Part shown: positions 41,338 to 50,834 of the stretch, piece by piece
Layout: every line of letters starts with the position of its first letter
Numbering within the stretch: position 1 is the stretch's first letter
Assembly: GCA_001577635.1 (NCBI GenBank)
Contig: LSBP01000003.1
Location: 41,267 to 105,266 of the forward strand
Reading direction: 5' to 3'
Source: Halomonadaceae bacterium T82-2
Lineage (GTDB): Bacteria; Pseudomonadota; Gammaproteobacteria; Pseudomonadales; Halomonadaceae
DNA: 64,000 nucleotides
Notes under the pieces: generated by a model
What the model saw: the letters and a program-made list of their open reading frames with translations, nothing else
What the model was told of the DNA's origin: nothing
The model's database searches: none
Made by a program: the position numbers and the translations under genes

Positions 41338-42915
41338 TCAGAAGCGCTCGGCCCGGGCGGCTTCCCAGTACGGGGCATAGGCCTCGGGGATCTCGCCGTC
41401 CTCGAGCAGCTGGCCCGGCCTGAGCGGGACGATGCTGGTCCGATAGGGGTGGGCCGGCGTGTAGTCGTTGCGGTGGTAGATCATGTCCGGCGTGAGCCGG
41501 TCGGGATGATCGACCCCCAGGGCCCCGGCGAGTTCGCGAAACGCCTTGAGGGTGCCGTGGTGGTAGTTGGCGACCCGCCAGGCCTTCTCGTCGACGTTGA
41601 TGGCGCGGCTGCGCCGGGGGTCCTGGGTGGTGACACCGGTGGGGCACTTGTTGGTGTGACAGCGCCGTGCCTGGATGCAGCCCACCGAGAACATGAAGGG
41701 GCGTGCGGCGTTGCACATGTCGGCGCCCAGCGCCATCTTCACCACCATGTCGAAGCCCAGGGCGACCTTGCCGCTGGCGATCAGCTTCATGTCGTCGCGC
41801 AATCCGGTGCCGACCAGGCACTGGTGGACGAAGGGCAGCGCCTCGTTGATGTAGTTGCCCAGCCGGTCGGAGAACTCCTGGGGAGCGGCGCCGGTGCCGC
41901 CTTCGGCGCCGTCGATGGTGATGAAGTCGGGGCGGATGCCCGTCTCGAGCATGGCCTTGCAGATGCTCAGGAACTCGCTGCGCTTGCCCAGGCACATCTT
42001 CATGCCCACCGGCTTGCCGCCCGAGAGCTCGCGCAACCGCTCGATGAACTCCAGAAGGCCGATCGGCGTGTCGAATTCCGGGTGCGAGGCCGGCGACTGG
42101 CAGTCCTCGCCCTCCGCGATCTGGCGCGTCTCGGCGATCTCGCGGTTGACCTTGGCGGCGGGGAGCAGGCCGCCGTGCGAGGGCTTGGCGCCCTGGGACA
42201 GCTTGAGCTCGATCATCTTGACCTGGTCCTCGCGGGCCTTTTCGCGAAAGGTCTCGGCGTCGAAACGGCCCTCCTGGGTCCGGCAGCCGAAGTAGGCGGT
42301 GCCCAGCTCCCAGATCAGGTCGCCGCCGTGGCGCTGATGATAGGGGCTGATGGCGCCCTCGCCGGTGTTGTGGGCGAAGCCGCCGCGCTTGGCGCCCAGG
42401 TTCATGGCGAGAATCGCCGTCGACGACAGCGAACCGAAGCTCATGGCCGAGATGTTCAGGCGTGAGGCTCGGTAGGGTTGCGTGCACTGCGGGCCGCCGA
42501 CGGTCAAACAGGTGACGTCCTTCGGCACGTCCTTGGGGACCAGCGAGTGTTCGGCAAACTCGTAGCCGGCGGCCTCGAAATCCCGCAGGGTGCCGAACGG
42601 CGAGGCGTCCGAGCTGCCGTCCGCCCGGGCATTGATCAGGGTGCGCTGGGCACGGCTGAAGGGTCGGCCGCTCTGCTCGGATTCGAAGAAGTACTGGCGC
42701 AGTTCGGGGCGAACGAACTCCAGCATGTAGCGAAGATGGCCGATGACGGGGTAATTGTTGAGCACGTTGTGCCGCGAGCGCAGGTCGTAAAGGCCGAGGG
42801 CGGCGAAGACCGCCCAGGCGATGAGCAGATAGCCTGCCGGGGGCCAGAACGGCCACCAGAGCAGGATGACGACGAGCGCGGCGAACAGCGCCGTGGCGAA
42901 GTGTCGACGGTACAT
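41338..42915 (-). CDS. FMN-binding glutamate-synthase-family protein (stand-alone GltS FMN domain, N-terminal membrane anchor)
   Basis: About 525 aa. Hydrophobic N-terminus, then MSFGSLS, KLSQGAKPSHGG, IDGAEGGTGAAP and CHTNKCPTGVTTQDP, equivalent to the CHLNTCPVGIATQ region of GltB. Alternative ATG at 42921. Confidence 0.8.
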   Translation of the reverse strand: MYRRHFATALFAALVVILLWWPFWPPAGYLLIAWAVFAALGLYDLRSRHNVLNNYPVIGHLRYMLEFVRPELRQYFFESEQSGRPFSRAQRTLINARADGSSDASPFGTLRDFEAAGYEFAEHSLVPKDVPKDVTCLTVGGPQCTQPYRASRLNISAMSFGSLSSTAILAMNLGAKRGGFAHNTGEGAISPYHQRHGGDLIWELGTAYFGCRTQEGRFDAETFREKAREDQVKMIELKLSQGAKPSHGGLLPAAKVNREIAETRQIAEGEDCQSPASHPEFDTPIGLLEFIERLRELSGGKPVGMKMCLGKRSEFLSICKAMLETGIRPDFITIDGAEGGTGAAPQEFSDRLGNYINEALPFVHQCLVGTGLRDDMKLIASGKVALGFDMVVKMALGADMCNAARPFMFSVGCIQARRCHTNKCPTGVTTQDPRRSRAINVDEKAWRVANYHHGTLKAFRELAGALGVDHPDRLTPDMIYHRNDYTPAHPYRTSIVPLRPGQLLEDGEIPEAYAPYWEAARAERF

Positions 42916-43164
42916 GGGCATCCTTGCGCGTTGGGGTTTCGGGTATCGTGCGGGCGGCAGTGCCGGCGCCGAGGATACCTTGGCAAGTCTGGTAACAATC
43001 CCGGCGACTTGCAAAGTTCCTCCTTCCCGGGAGGTGGCCTCCCGGCGTCGGGGCGCTGCCGTGCCCGGGCCGGATGCGGTATACTGCGCTCCCCCGGAGG
43101 CTTGTCGCCGCGCGTCCCGCATCGGGCGGCGAGCCGCTTGTCACCCGCAAGGAGTCCCTGCTTC

Positions 43165-44670
43165 ATGACCGTGATTCGCCAGGACGATCTGATCCAGAGC
43201 GTTGCCGACGCCCTGCAGTACATTTCCTACTACCACCCCAAGGATTTCATCGAGGCCATGCATGCGGCCTACGAGCGTGAGGAAAACCCGGCGGCCCGGG
43301 ACGCCATCGCGCAGATCCTCATCAACTCGCGCATGTGTGCGACCGGCCATCGGCCGATCTGTCAGGACACCGGCATCGTCACCGTCTTCGTGCATGTGGG
43401 CATGAACGTTCGCTTCGAGACCGACATGAGCCTCGACGACATGATCAACGAGGGTGTGCGCCGCGCCTACACGCTGCCCGACAACGTGCTGCGGGCCTCG
43501 GTGCTGGCCGATCCGGACGGCAAGCGCCAGAACACCCGCGACAACACCCCGGCGGTGATCCATCACAAGCTGGTACCGGGCGACACCGTCGAGGTGCACG
43601 TCGCCGCCAAGGGCGGCGGCAGCGAGGCCAAGTCCAAGTTCGCCATGCTCAACCCCTCCGACAGCGTGGTCGACTGGGTGCTCGAGCAGCTGCCGAAGAT
43701 GGGCGCCGGCTGGTGCCCGCCGGGCATGCTGGGCATCGGCATCGGCGGTACCGCCGAGAAGGCCATGGAGCTGGCCAAGGAGTCGCTGCTCGACCCGATC
43801 GACATTCAGGAACTCCAGGCGCGCGGTGCCGCCAATCGCGCCGAGGAGCTGCGCCTCGAGCTTTACGACAAGGTCAACAAGACCGGCATCGGTGCCCAGG
43901 GGCTGGGCGGGCTGACCACGGTGCTCGACATCAAGGTCAAGGATTACCCGACCCACGCCGCCAACAAGCCGGTGGCGATCATCCCCAACTGCGCGGCCAC
44001 TCGGCACGTGCATTTCACCCTCGACGGCAGCGGTGCCGCCGAACTTCCGGCGCCGAAGCTCGAGGACTGGCCGGAAATCACCCGCGAGGCCGGCGGCGAT
44101 GTCAAGCGCGTCAACCTCGACGACGTGACGCCGGAAGAAGTACGGAGCTGGCAGCCCGGCGACACCCTGCTGCTCAACGGCAAGCTGCTGACCGGTCGCG
44201 ATGCCGCTCACAAGCGCATGGTCGACATGCTGGCGAAGGGCGAAGCGCTGCCTGTCGACCTCAAGGGCCGTTTCATCTACTACGTCGGCCCGGTCGACCC
44301 GGTAGGCGACGAGGTCGTGGGCCCGGCCGGTCCGACCACCGCCACGCGCATGGACAAGTTCACGCGCACTATGCTCGAACAGACCGGCCTGCAGGGCATG
44401 GTCGGCAAGGCCGAGCGCGGTCCGGTGGCGATCGAGGCGATCCGCGACAACAAGGCCGTCTACCTGATGGCCGTGGGCGGTGCCGCCTATCTGGTCGCCC
44501 AGGCGATCAAGAAGGCCCGCGTGGTGGGCTTCGAGGATCTGGGCATGGAAGCGATCTACGAGTTCGAGGTCGAGGACATGCCGGTCACCGTGGCCGTGGA
44601 CAGTGAAGGCACCTCGGTCCACCAGACCGGCCCGACCAAGTGGAAGGCGATCATCGCCGAGCGCGCCTGA
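43165..44670 (+). CDS. Fumarate hydratase, class I (Fe-S dependent, single-chain about 500-aa type)
   Basis: 501 aa. ICQDTGIVTVFV, AKGGGSE, NCAATRH and the C-terminal beta-type domain (GPTTATRMD, GKAERG) are present. Confidence 0.9.
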   Translation: MTVIRQDDLIQSVADALQYISYYHPKDFIEAMHAAYEREENPAARDAIAQILINSRMCATGHRPICQDTGIVTVFVHVGMNVRFETDMSLDDMINEGVRRAYTLPDNVLRASVLADPDGKRQNTRDNTPAVIHHKLVPGDTVEVHVAAKGGGSEAKSKFAMLNPSDSVVDWVLEQLPKMGAGWCPPGMLGIGIGGTAEKAMELAKESLLDPIDIQELQARGAANRAEELRLELYDKVNKTGIGAQGLGGLTTVLDIKVKDYPTHAANKPVAIIPNCAATRHVHFTLDGSGAAELPAPKLEDWPEITREAGGDVKRVNLDDVTPEEVRSWQPGDTLLLNGKLLTGRDAAHKRMVDMLAKGEALPVDLKGRFIYYVGPVDPVGDEVVGPAGPTTATRMDKFTRTMLEQTGLQGMVGKAERGPVAIEAIRDNKAVYLMAVGGAAYLVAQAIKKARVVGFEDLGMEAIYEFEVEDMPVTVAVDSEGTSVHQTGPTKWKAIIAERA

Positions 44671-44860
44671 ACCGCGTGATCGAACGCCGCCCGGCCGGGC
44701 CGGGCGGCCGTTCATCTATCCCTCCGCCTCGCCATCCGCTACCGTGGGCGCTCATCGTGACAACGAGGCCCGTGATGACCTGCCTGGCATCCATCCGTAA
44801 CCCTGGCCACAGTCGCCGCCGCTGCGACAGTCGTGCCTTTCGTCGTGGGGAGTCCCGATC

Positions 44861-46279
44861 ATGACGTCCGGGCTGCTGGGGCTCATTCTTTTTCTGTTCC
44901 ATGCCGTGGGCACGGCGTCGGCCGTCGTGGCGCTGATGTCCAGCCGCACCTCACAGGGGGCGGTGGCCTGGATCATTTCGCTGGTGACCTTTCCCTACCT
45001 GGCCCTGCCAGCCTACTGGGTCTTCGGGCGCCCGCGCTTCTACGGGTATGTCTCCGCCCGCGGCGAGCGCGACACGGTGCTGCGCCGGGTACTGTTGCGC
45101 TATCGGCCGCTGATCGAGCCGTATCTCGCCGATGCCCGGCAGGGCAACGTGCGGGCCGTCGAGAAACTGGCGATGATGCCCCTGACTAGCGGCAATCGCG
45201 CCGAGCTGCTCGTCGACGGTCAGGCCACCTTCGACAGCGTGTTCGCCGGCATCGATTCGGCACGCCACTACGTGCTGGTACAGTTCTTCATCATTCGCCG
45301 CGACCGGCTGGGCCGGATGCTCAAGGAACGGCTCGAGAACAAGGCGCAGCAGGGCGTGCGGGTCTATCTGCTCTACGACGAGATCGGCAGCCACGCGCTT
45401 GACGACGGCTATCTCGAGGACCTGCGCCGCGCCGGCGTCGAGGTCAGTGCCTTCAACTCCTCGCGCGGGCTGCGCCACCGCTTCCAGCTGAATTTCCGCA
45501 ACCATCGCAAGATCGTGGTGGTCGACGGTGCCCAGGGCTGGACCGGCGGGCTCAACGTGGGCGTCGAGTATCTGGGCGAGAACCCGCGCCACGGCCCCTG
45601 GCGGGACACCCATCTGCGGCTGACGGGGCCCAGCGTGCTGGGGCTGCAGGAGGCATTCTGGGAAGACTGGCACTGGGCCACCGGGCGGGTGATCGACCTG
45701 ACCTGGACACCGCAGGTGACCTGCGAGGAGTGTCAGAACGTGGTGGTGGTGCCTTCCGGCCCGGCCGACGGCCAGGAGACTGCCAGCCTGTTCGTGCAGC
45801 ACAACATCAACAGTGCCCAGCACCGGTTGTGGGTCACCAGTCCCTATTTCGTGCCTGACCAGGGCGTGCAGGATGCGTTGCGTCTGGCGGCGATGCGTGG
45901 CGTCGACGTGCGGGTGATGATGCCCGAGCGCCCCGACCATCTGCTGGTCTTTCTCTCGGCGTTCTCCTTCCTGCCCGACATGATCCGTGCCGGCGTCAAG
46001 ATATACCGTTATCAGCCCGGTTTTCTGCATCAGAAGGTGATGCTTGTCGACGATCACAGTGCCGCCGTGGGTACCGTCAATCTCGACAATCGCTCGTTCC
46101 GCCTCAACTTCGAGATTATGGCGTTCATCCCCGATGACGCCTTTGCCGACGAGGTGCGGCAGATGCTGGAGCGCGACTTTACCCGCTGTCGCGAGGTGAC
46201 GCTCGAGGAGCTGCAGCAGCGCCCCCTCTGGCGCAAGCTGGTTTCCCGGGCCGCCTATCTGATGGCCCCGATCCAGTAA
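44861..46279 (+). CDS. cls: Cardiolipin synthase (PLD superfamily)
   Basis: 472 aa. Two N-terminal TM segments and two HKD motifs (NHRKIVVVDG, LHQKVMLVDD). GGGGAG SD. Confidence 0.9.
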   Translation: MTSGLLGLILFLFHAVGTASAVVALMSSRTSQGAVAWIISLVTFPYLALPAYWVFGRPRFYGYVSARGERDTVLRRVLLRYRPLIEPYLADARQGNVRAVEKLAMMPLTSGNRAELLVDGQATFDSVFAGIDSARHYVLVQFFIIRRDRLGRMLKERLENKAQQGVRVYLLYDEIGSHALDDGYLEDLRRAGVEVSAFNSSRGLRHRFQLNFRNHRKIVVVDGAQGWTGGLNVGVEYLGENPRHGPWRDTHLRLTGPSVLGLQEAFWEDWHWATGRVIDLTWTPQVTCEECQNVVVVPSGPADGQETASLFVQHNINSAQHRLWVTSPYFVPDQGVQDALRLAAMRGVDVRVMMPERPDHLLVFLSAFSFLPDMIRAGVKIYRYQPGFLHQKVMLVDDHSAAVGTVNLDNRSFRLNFEIMAFIPDDAFADEVRQMLERDFTRCREVTLEELQQRPLWRKLVSRAAYLMAPIQ

Positions 46280-46445
46280 GCCGGCGGTGCGTCGAGGCAG
46301 TCGGGAGGCAGGACAGTTACCCGCGGCGGGACGGGTTGTTGCAAAACCTCGACAGGAGCCGTGGAGCCCCGGCGTGCGCTTGAGTAAACTCGCGGGCTGG
46401 TGTGATTGATCTCGCTCGTTCTTCTCATCGGCAAGTGGAGTCGCG

Positions 46446-47363
46446 GTGAACCTCGAAACCAAGTGGCTGGAAGACTTCGTGGCCCTGGCCAACACGCGCA
46501 GCTTCTCGGCGTCGGCCCGTCAGCGCCATGTCACCCAGCCGGCCTTCAGCCGGCGGATTCGTTCCCTGGAGCAGGCGGTCGGCGCGACGCTGGTGGATCG
46601 CTCGACCACGCCGGTGGGACTGACGCCGGAGGGCCAGCTGTTTCTGGTCACTGCGCGCAACCTGGTCGAGCAGCTCAGCGAGTGCCTGGGCCATCTGCGC
46701 GGCCTGGCCATGGCCAACGAGGCGCTGGACATCGTCGCCGCCCATTCGCTGGCGCTGGCGTTCTATCCGCGCTGGATTTCGCGCCTGCAACAGGGTGTCG
46801 GCGAACTGCCGACGCGCCTGGTGGCCATGAACGTGGGGGACGCCATCCATGTGCTGCGCGAGGGCAATTGCGACCTGATGCTCGGCTATCACGATTCCTA
46901 TGCCACCATGCAGCTCGATGCCGAGGTCTTCCCCTCGTTCTCCATCGGCAAGGCGATGATGATACCGGTGTGCGTTCCCGACGACGCGGGGCGGCCGCGC
47001 TTTCCGCTGGAGGGGGAGGCGGCGATTCCCTTCCTTTCCTATACCCAGGGCGCCTTTCTCGGGCGCAGCGTGCGCATGCTGCTCAAGAACGACCCGACCC
47101 GGTTGCGTCTCAAGACCGTCTACGAAACCGCCATGGCCGAGGGGCTCAAGGGCATGGCCCTGCAGGGCGTGGGCATGGCCTGGATTCCCGATTTCTGCAT
47201 TCGCGACGAGCTGGCCGACGGCCGTCTGGTGCGCGCCGGCGACAGCGTATGGGATATCCCGCTGGAAGTCCGCCTCTACCGCTGCTCGCTGGTTCACAAG
47301 CCGGGCGTGGAGCGTCTCTGGCGGCAGATGACCAAGCTGCCGAGTGATTTTCTGCGCGCCTGA
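46446..47363 (+). CDS. LysR-family transcriptional regulator
   Basis: 305 aa. wHTH LEDFVALANTRSFSASARQRHVTQPAFSRRIRSLE. GTG start as given in the ORF table. Confidence 0.85.
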   Translation: MNLETKWLEDFVALANTRSFSASARQRHVTQPAFSRRIRSLEQAVGATLVDRSTTPVGLTPEGQLFLVTARNLVEQLSECLGHLRGLAMANEALDIVAAHSLALAFYPRWISRLQQGVGELPTRLVAMNVGDAIHVLREGNCDLMLGYHDSYATMQLDAEVFPSFSIGKAMMIPVCVPDDAGRPRFPLEGEAAIPFLSYTQGAFLGRSVRMLLKNDPTRLRLKTVYETAMAEGLKGMALQGVGMAWIPDFCIRDELADGRLVRAGDSVWDIPLEVRLYRCSLVHKPGVERLWRQMTKLPSDFLRA

Positions 47364-47385
47364 TCGTGGCCGTTGGCCGGAATGC

Positions 47386-48483
47386 TCAGGGGCTGGCCCA
47401 GCCGGCGGGCAGGCCGAGAAAGTTCTGGATAATGAAGAAGTGATCCTCGAACAGGGTTTCCGGTTCGAGATCGGCCAGCGCCACCCAGCGGGCCTGATCG
47501 CCGCCGCGGGCGGGCTTGAGCCGGGGTAGCTGCTGCTCCGGACGCAGGGCGAAGTAGAAGGCTTCGGCCAGGGTGCGCCCCCGCCAGCTGCGGTGTGGGT
47601 CATCGAACAGGCGCTGATCGCGCAGGGACCCCTTGAGTACCGGCTCGGGCACCTTGAGTCGCACGCGCTCCCGCAGTTCCCGCAGGCAGGCGTCGAGCAG
47701 GCGCTCCTGCGGGTGGATGAACCCGCCGGGCAGCGCGAAAAGCCCCTTGCCCGGGGCCGCATTGCGTCGCACCAGCAGCACGTGACCGGACTGTACCACC
47801 ACGGCATTGACGGTGACGAAGATCGGCGGATAGGGCGCCTGGGCCCAGGCCCGCTGGTACTGTTCCAGCAGGTGCTGCTCCTCCAGCAGCTGGGCGCATG
47901 ACGACGTGGCCATGAAGGCATTCAGCGCCTGGTGCACCGGACGTGGCAGGTCGTGCGCGGCATCGCCGTCCAGATAGGCGTCGCCGGAGGCCCGCGAATG
48001 GAAGAGCTGCTCGCGGATGTGGCTGGCGGAAATCCCCTCCACCAGTGGCACGCTGACCGACTCCCATTGCGGGAACAGGCTCAGGTAATAGCTCGACTGG
48101 CCGCGGCTGGCGCCGATCAGCCCGATACGCGGCAGCTTGCCATGGCTGGGACGGGCCACGTCGCGCACCTTGCGCTGCACGTCGCGGACCCAGACGTCGT
48201 CGTTGTAGAGCGCATCGAGCAGTGGCTCGATCTCCAGACGGCCGTTGTCGGTGGCGTCGAAGGCGCTGCGCAGCATGTCGCGGCGCTCCTCGAAGCGCCA
48301 GGGGTTGCGAAGCGAACGGGCCTGCCAGGCGGAGCCGATCAGCACGATGACCTGTCTCGCCCGCTTCAGGGCCTCCCGGATCACCGCCAGATGCCCCAGG
48401 TGCGGCGGCTGAAAGCGACCGATGAACACCAGGCAGTCGAAGTCGGGATAGGCTGGCGGTGTCTGTGCGGGGGTGGGCACCAT
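47386..48483 (-). CDS. nadM: Bifunctional NMN adenylyltransferase / Nudix hydrolase (NadM-Nudix)
   Basis: 365 aa. N-terminal nucleotidyltransferase GRFQPPHLGH (HxGH) and ISASHIR. C-terminal Nudix box GGFIHPQERLLDACLRELRERV. Confidence 0.8.
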   Translation of the reverse strand: MVPTPAQTPPAYPDFDCLVFIGRFQPPHLGHLAVIREALKRARQVIVLIGSAWQARSLRNPWRFEERRDMLRSAFDATDNGRLEIEPLLDALYNDDVWVRDVQRKVRDVARPSHGKLPRIGLIGASRGQSSYYLSLFPQWESVSVPLVEGISASHIREQLFHSRASGDAYLDGDAAHDLPRPVHQALNAFMATSSCAQLLEEQHLLEQYQRAWAQAPYPPIFVTVNAVVVQSGHVLLVRRNAAPGKGLFALPGGFIHPQERLLDACLRELRERVRLKVPEPVLKGSLRDQRLFDDPHRSWRGRTLAEAFYFALRPEQQLPRLKPARGGDQARWVALADLEPETLFEDHFFIIQNFLGLPAGWASP

Positions 48484-48599
48484 CGGGTCTCCGGTCGAAA
48501 GGGCGCGGCCATTATGGTGGCCGACCTCGGGGGCTGCAAGGTGGCCTCGTGACACGCGACTTGTCGTCGGTGCGACGTCGGTTATGCTGGGAATTCTTC

Positions 48600-49523
48600 A
48601 TGGACCGGGAGCCCGTCGTGCCTGTCGAGAGTCTGCGCCGAGGCGTACACATTCTGCGTTCCGCGGTGCTGTCGTGGCTGGCCTGCAATGCCTTCAGCTT
48701 TGCGGGGTCGCTGGCCTTCTATACGCTGTTTTCGCTGGCGCCCACGGTGATTATCGCGGTTGCGGTGCTGGGTGTGGTGCTCGGCGAGCCGGCCGCCCAG
48801 GCACAGATCGTCGCCCATCTGCAGACACTGGTCGGCCCCGAGGCGGCAGATGCGGTTCGCCGTGCCGTGGTGGCGGCTCGGCCCGCGATGTCGGCTCGGT
48901 TGCCGGCGCTGGTGGGTGCCGGGGTGCTGCTGATCGGGGCGACCACGGTCTTCGCCCAGCTGCAGTATTCGTTCAACGTGCTGTGGGGCGTCACCGCCAA
49001 CCCGCATCGCAGCAGCCTGCTGATCTGGGCCAAGCAGCGTCTGCTGTCCCTGGCGGTGGTGCTGTCGATCGGTTTCGTGCTACTGGTCTCGCTGGTGCTG
49101 GGGGTGGTGCTGCGCAGCACCTTCCATTTTCTGGGCGACTGGCTGCCCTGGAGCGAGCGGCTGCTGAGTGGCGGGGAGCTGGCGGTTTCGCTGCTCGTCG
49201 CGGCGCTGTTCTTCGCGGCACTGTTCAAGGTTCTGCCCGACGTGGTGCTCGGCTGGCGGGATGTGTTGCCCGGGGCGGCCATTACAGCCGTGCTCTTTTC
49301 CCTGGGACGTTACGCGATTGCCGCCTATCTGGCGTATACCGCCACCGCTTCGACCTACGGCGCCGCGGCGTCACTGGTGTTGCTGCTGTTATGGGTTTAC
49401 TACAGTTCCCTTATCGTCCTGTTCGGCGTGGCCCTGACCCGGGCGCATTACGAGTCCCGGGGGCGAACGATCCAGCCGCGTGGCGTGGCCGTGCGCGTGC
49501 GGCGCGAACTGCTGGAGGGATGA
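48600..49523 (+). CDS. YihY/BrkB-family membrane protein
   Basis: 307 aa, 6 TM. SLAFYTLFSLAPTVII and YGAAASLVLLLLWVYYSSLIVLFG are YihY hallmarks. Confidence 0.8.
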   Translation: MDREPVVPVESLRRGVHILRSAVLSWLACNAFSFAGSLAFYTLFSLAPTVIIAVAVLGVVLGEPAAQAQIVAHLQTLVGPEAADAVRRAVVAARPAMSARLPALVGAGVLLIGATTVFAQLQYSFNVLWGVTANPHRSSLLIWAKQRLLSLAVVLSIGFVLLVSLVLGVVLRSTFHFLGDWLPWSERLLSGGELAVSLLVAALFFAALFKVLPDVVLGWRDVLPGAAITAVLFSLGRYAIAAYLAYTATASTYGAAASLVLLLLWVYYSSLIVLFGVALTRAHYESRGRTIQPRGVAVRVRRELLEG

Positions 49524-49574
49524 TGTCGCGCTACGCCTGGGGCGATCGGCAGCAGGATTATCAGGAGGTGACTA

Positions 49575-49847
49575 ATGAGCCAGCGTTGTGTACAGGCGCG
49601 GGTGACCGGCAAGGTCCAGGGCGTATGGTTTCGGGCTGCCACCCAGTCCCAGGCCCGGGAAGCCGGGGTGACGGGCTACGCGGCGAACTGTGAGGATGGC
49701 AGCGTCGAGGTGGTCCTGTGTGGCCATCGCGAGGCCGTGGACAGCGTCGTGGATTGGCTGTGGCAGGGGCCACCGGCAGCGCAGGTGACCCATGTCGAGG
49801 CGGTCGATATCGTCTGGCAGCCTCACGACGACTTCACGACACTTTAG
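49575..49847 (+). CDS. Acylphosphatase
   Basis: 90 aa. VTGKVQGVWFR phosphate-binding cradle. AGGAGG SD. Confidence 0.85.
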   Translation: MSQRCVQARVTGKVQGVWFRAATQSQAREAGVTGYAANCEDGSVEVVLCGHREAVDSVVDWLWQGPPAAQVTHVEAVDIVWQPHDDFTTL

Positions 49848-49854
49848 GCGGGAA

Positions 49855-50799
49855 TCAGCCGCCCAGGGTCTCGACGATCCAGTCGATCACGGCCGGTCCG
49901 TCGGCATTCAGGCAAACCTCGGCCAGTGGGGTGGTGGACCACTGTTCGGTGATGAACTGACGCCCTTCGGGGGCGAAGACGGTTTGCCCCATGGCGGGGC
50001 CCTCGGTCACCACAGTCAGGTGGCCGCGCTGGGTCGTGAACAGCTCCGGCTTCATCAGCCAGGCCAGCGAGCAGCTGTCGTGTGGGCAGCAGCCATCGAT
50101 GCCCAGGAACTGCTGGTAGAAGGCCTTGTAGAAGGTATAGCTCTCGGCGAGTACGCGTCCCAGTTCGCCCTGGGCGGCGGCGATTCGTGCCATGGCGTCG
50201 GGGTCGAGAACGCAGCGATGCGTGGCATCGAGCCCCACCAGGGTGAGCGGCCAGCCGGCGGTGAGCACGCGAGCGCCGGCGTGAGGGTCGTTGTACAGGT
50301 TGGCCTCGGCCACCGGCGTCACGTTCCCGCCCTCGCGAATCGAGCCCCCCATGATCACCACCCGTCTGACCCGGTCGACGATACCGGGATCGAGCTGCAG
50401 GGCAGCCGCGAGATTGCCCAGCGGCCCCACGGCGACCAGGGTGACCTCGCCGGGGCGCGCGTTCACGGTGTCGACGATGAACTGGGCGGCGCTCACCGGC
50501 TGCGGTTTGCCCGAGACGGCCGGCAGGTCGATGTTGCCCAGGCCGTCGGCGCCATGGATGTGTGCGGGCGCCGGTGCCTTGGGCTTGACCAGCGGTGCCG
50601 CGGCCCCCTGCGCGACGGGGATCGACTGGCCGGCCAGCTCGCCGAGCAGCAGGGCGTTGTGAGTCGCCGTCTCGACCTCGACGTTGCCGAAGGTGGTGGT
50701 CAATCCCAGCAGCTCGATGTCGGGGTGGGCGAGGGCGATGGCAATCGCCTGGGCGTCATCCACGCCGGGGTCGGTGTCGAAGATGATGGGGGTTGCCAT
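49855..50799 (-). CDS. Nucleoside hydrolase (inosine/uridine-preferring family)
   Basis: 314 aa. The N-terminal DTDPGVDDA aspartate cluster is diagnostic of IU-nucleoside hydrolases. Confidence 0.85.
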   Translation of the reverse strand: MATPIIFDTDPGVDDAQAIAIALAHPDIELLGLTTTFGNVEVETATHNALLLGELAGQSIPVAQGAAAPLVKPKAPAPAHIHGADGLGNIDLPAVSGKPQPVSAAQFIVDTVNARPGEVTLVAVGPLGNLAAALQLDPGIVDRVRRVVIMGGSIREGGNVTPVAEANLYNDPHAGARVLTAGWPLTLVGLDATHRCVLDPDAMARIAAAQGELGRVLAESYTFYKAFYQQFLGIDGCCPHDSCSLAWLMKPELFTTQRGHLTVVTEGPAMGQTVFAPEGRQFITEQWSTTPLAEVCLNADGPAVIDWIVETLGG

Positions 50800-50834
50800 G
50801 CAGGCCTCCTTGCGTTGATGCGATGAAAGAACGC

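Noticed and set aside
44775-44864. A 29-codon upstream ORF (MTCLASIRNPGHSRRRCDSRAFRRGESRS) with a GAGG SD, whose TGA overlaps the cls ATG (ATGA).
   Set aside because: By my count its third-position G+C is about 60 percent. That looks clearly lower than the GC-rich third positions I see in the confident genes (not counted). The peptide is Arg-rich noise-like, and cls has its own GGGGAG SD. It is probably not coding.
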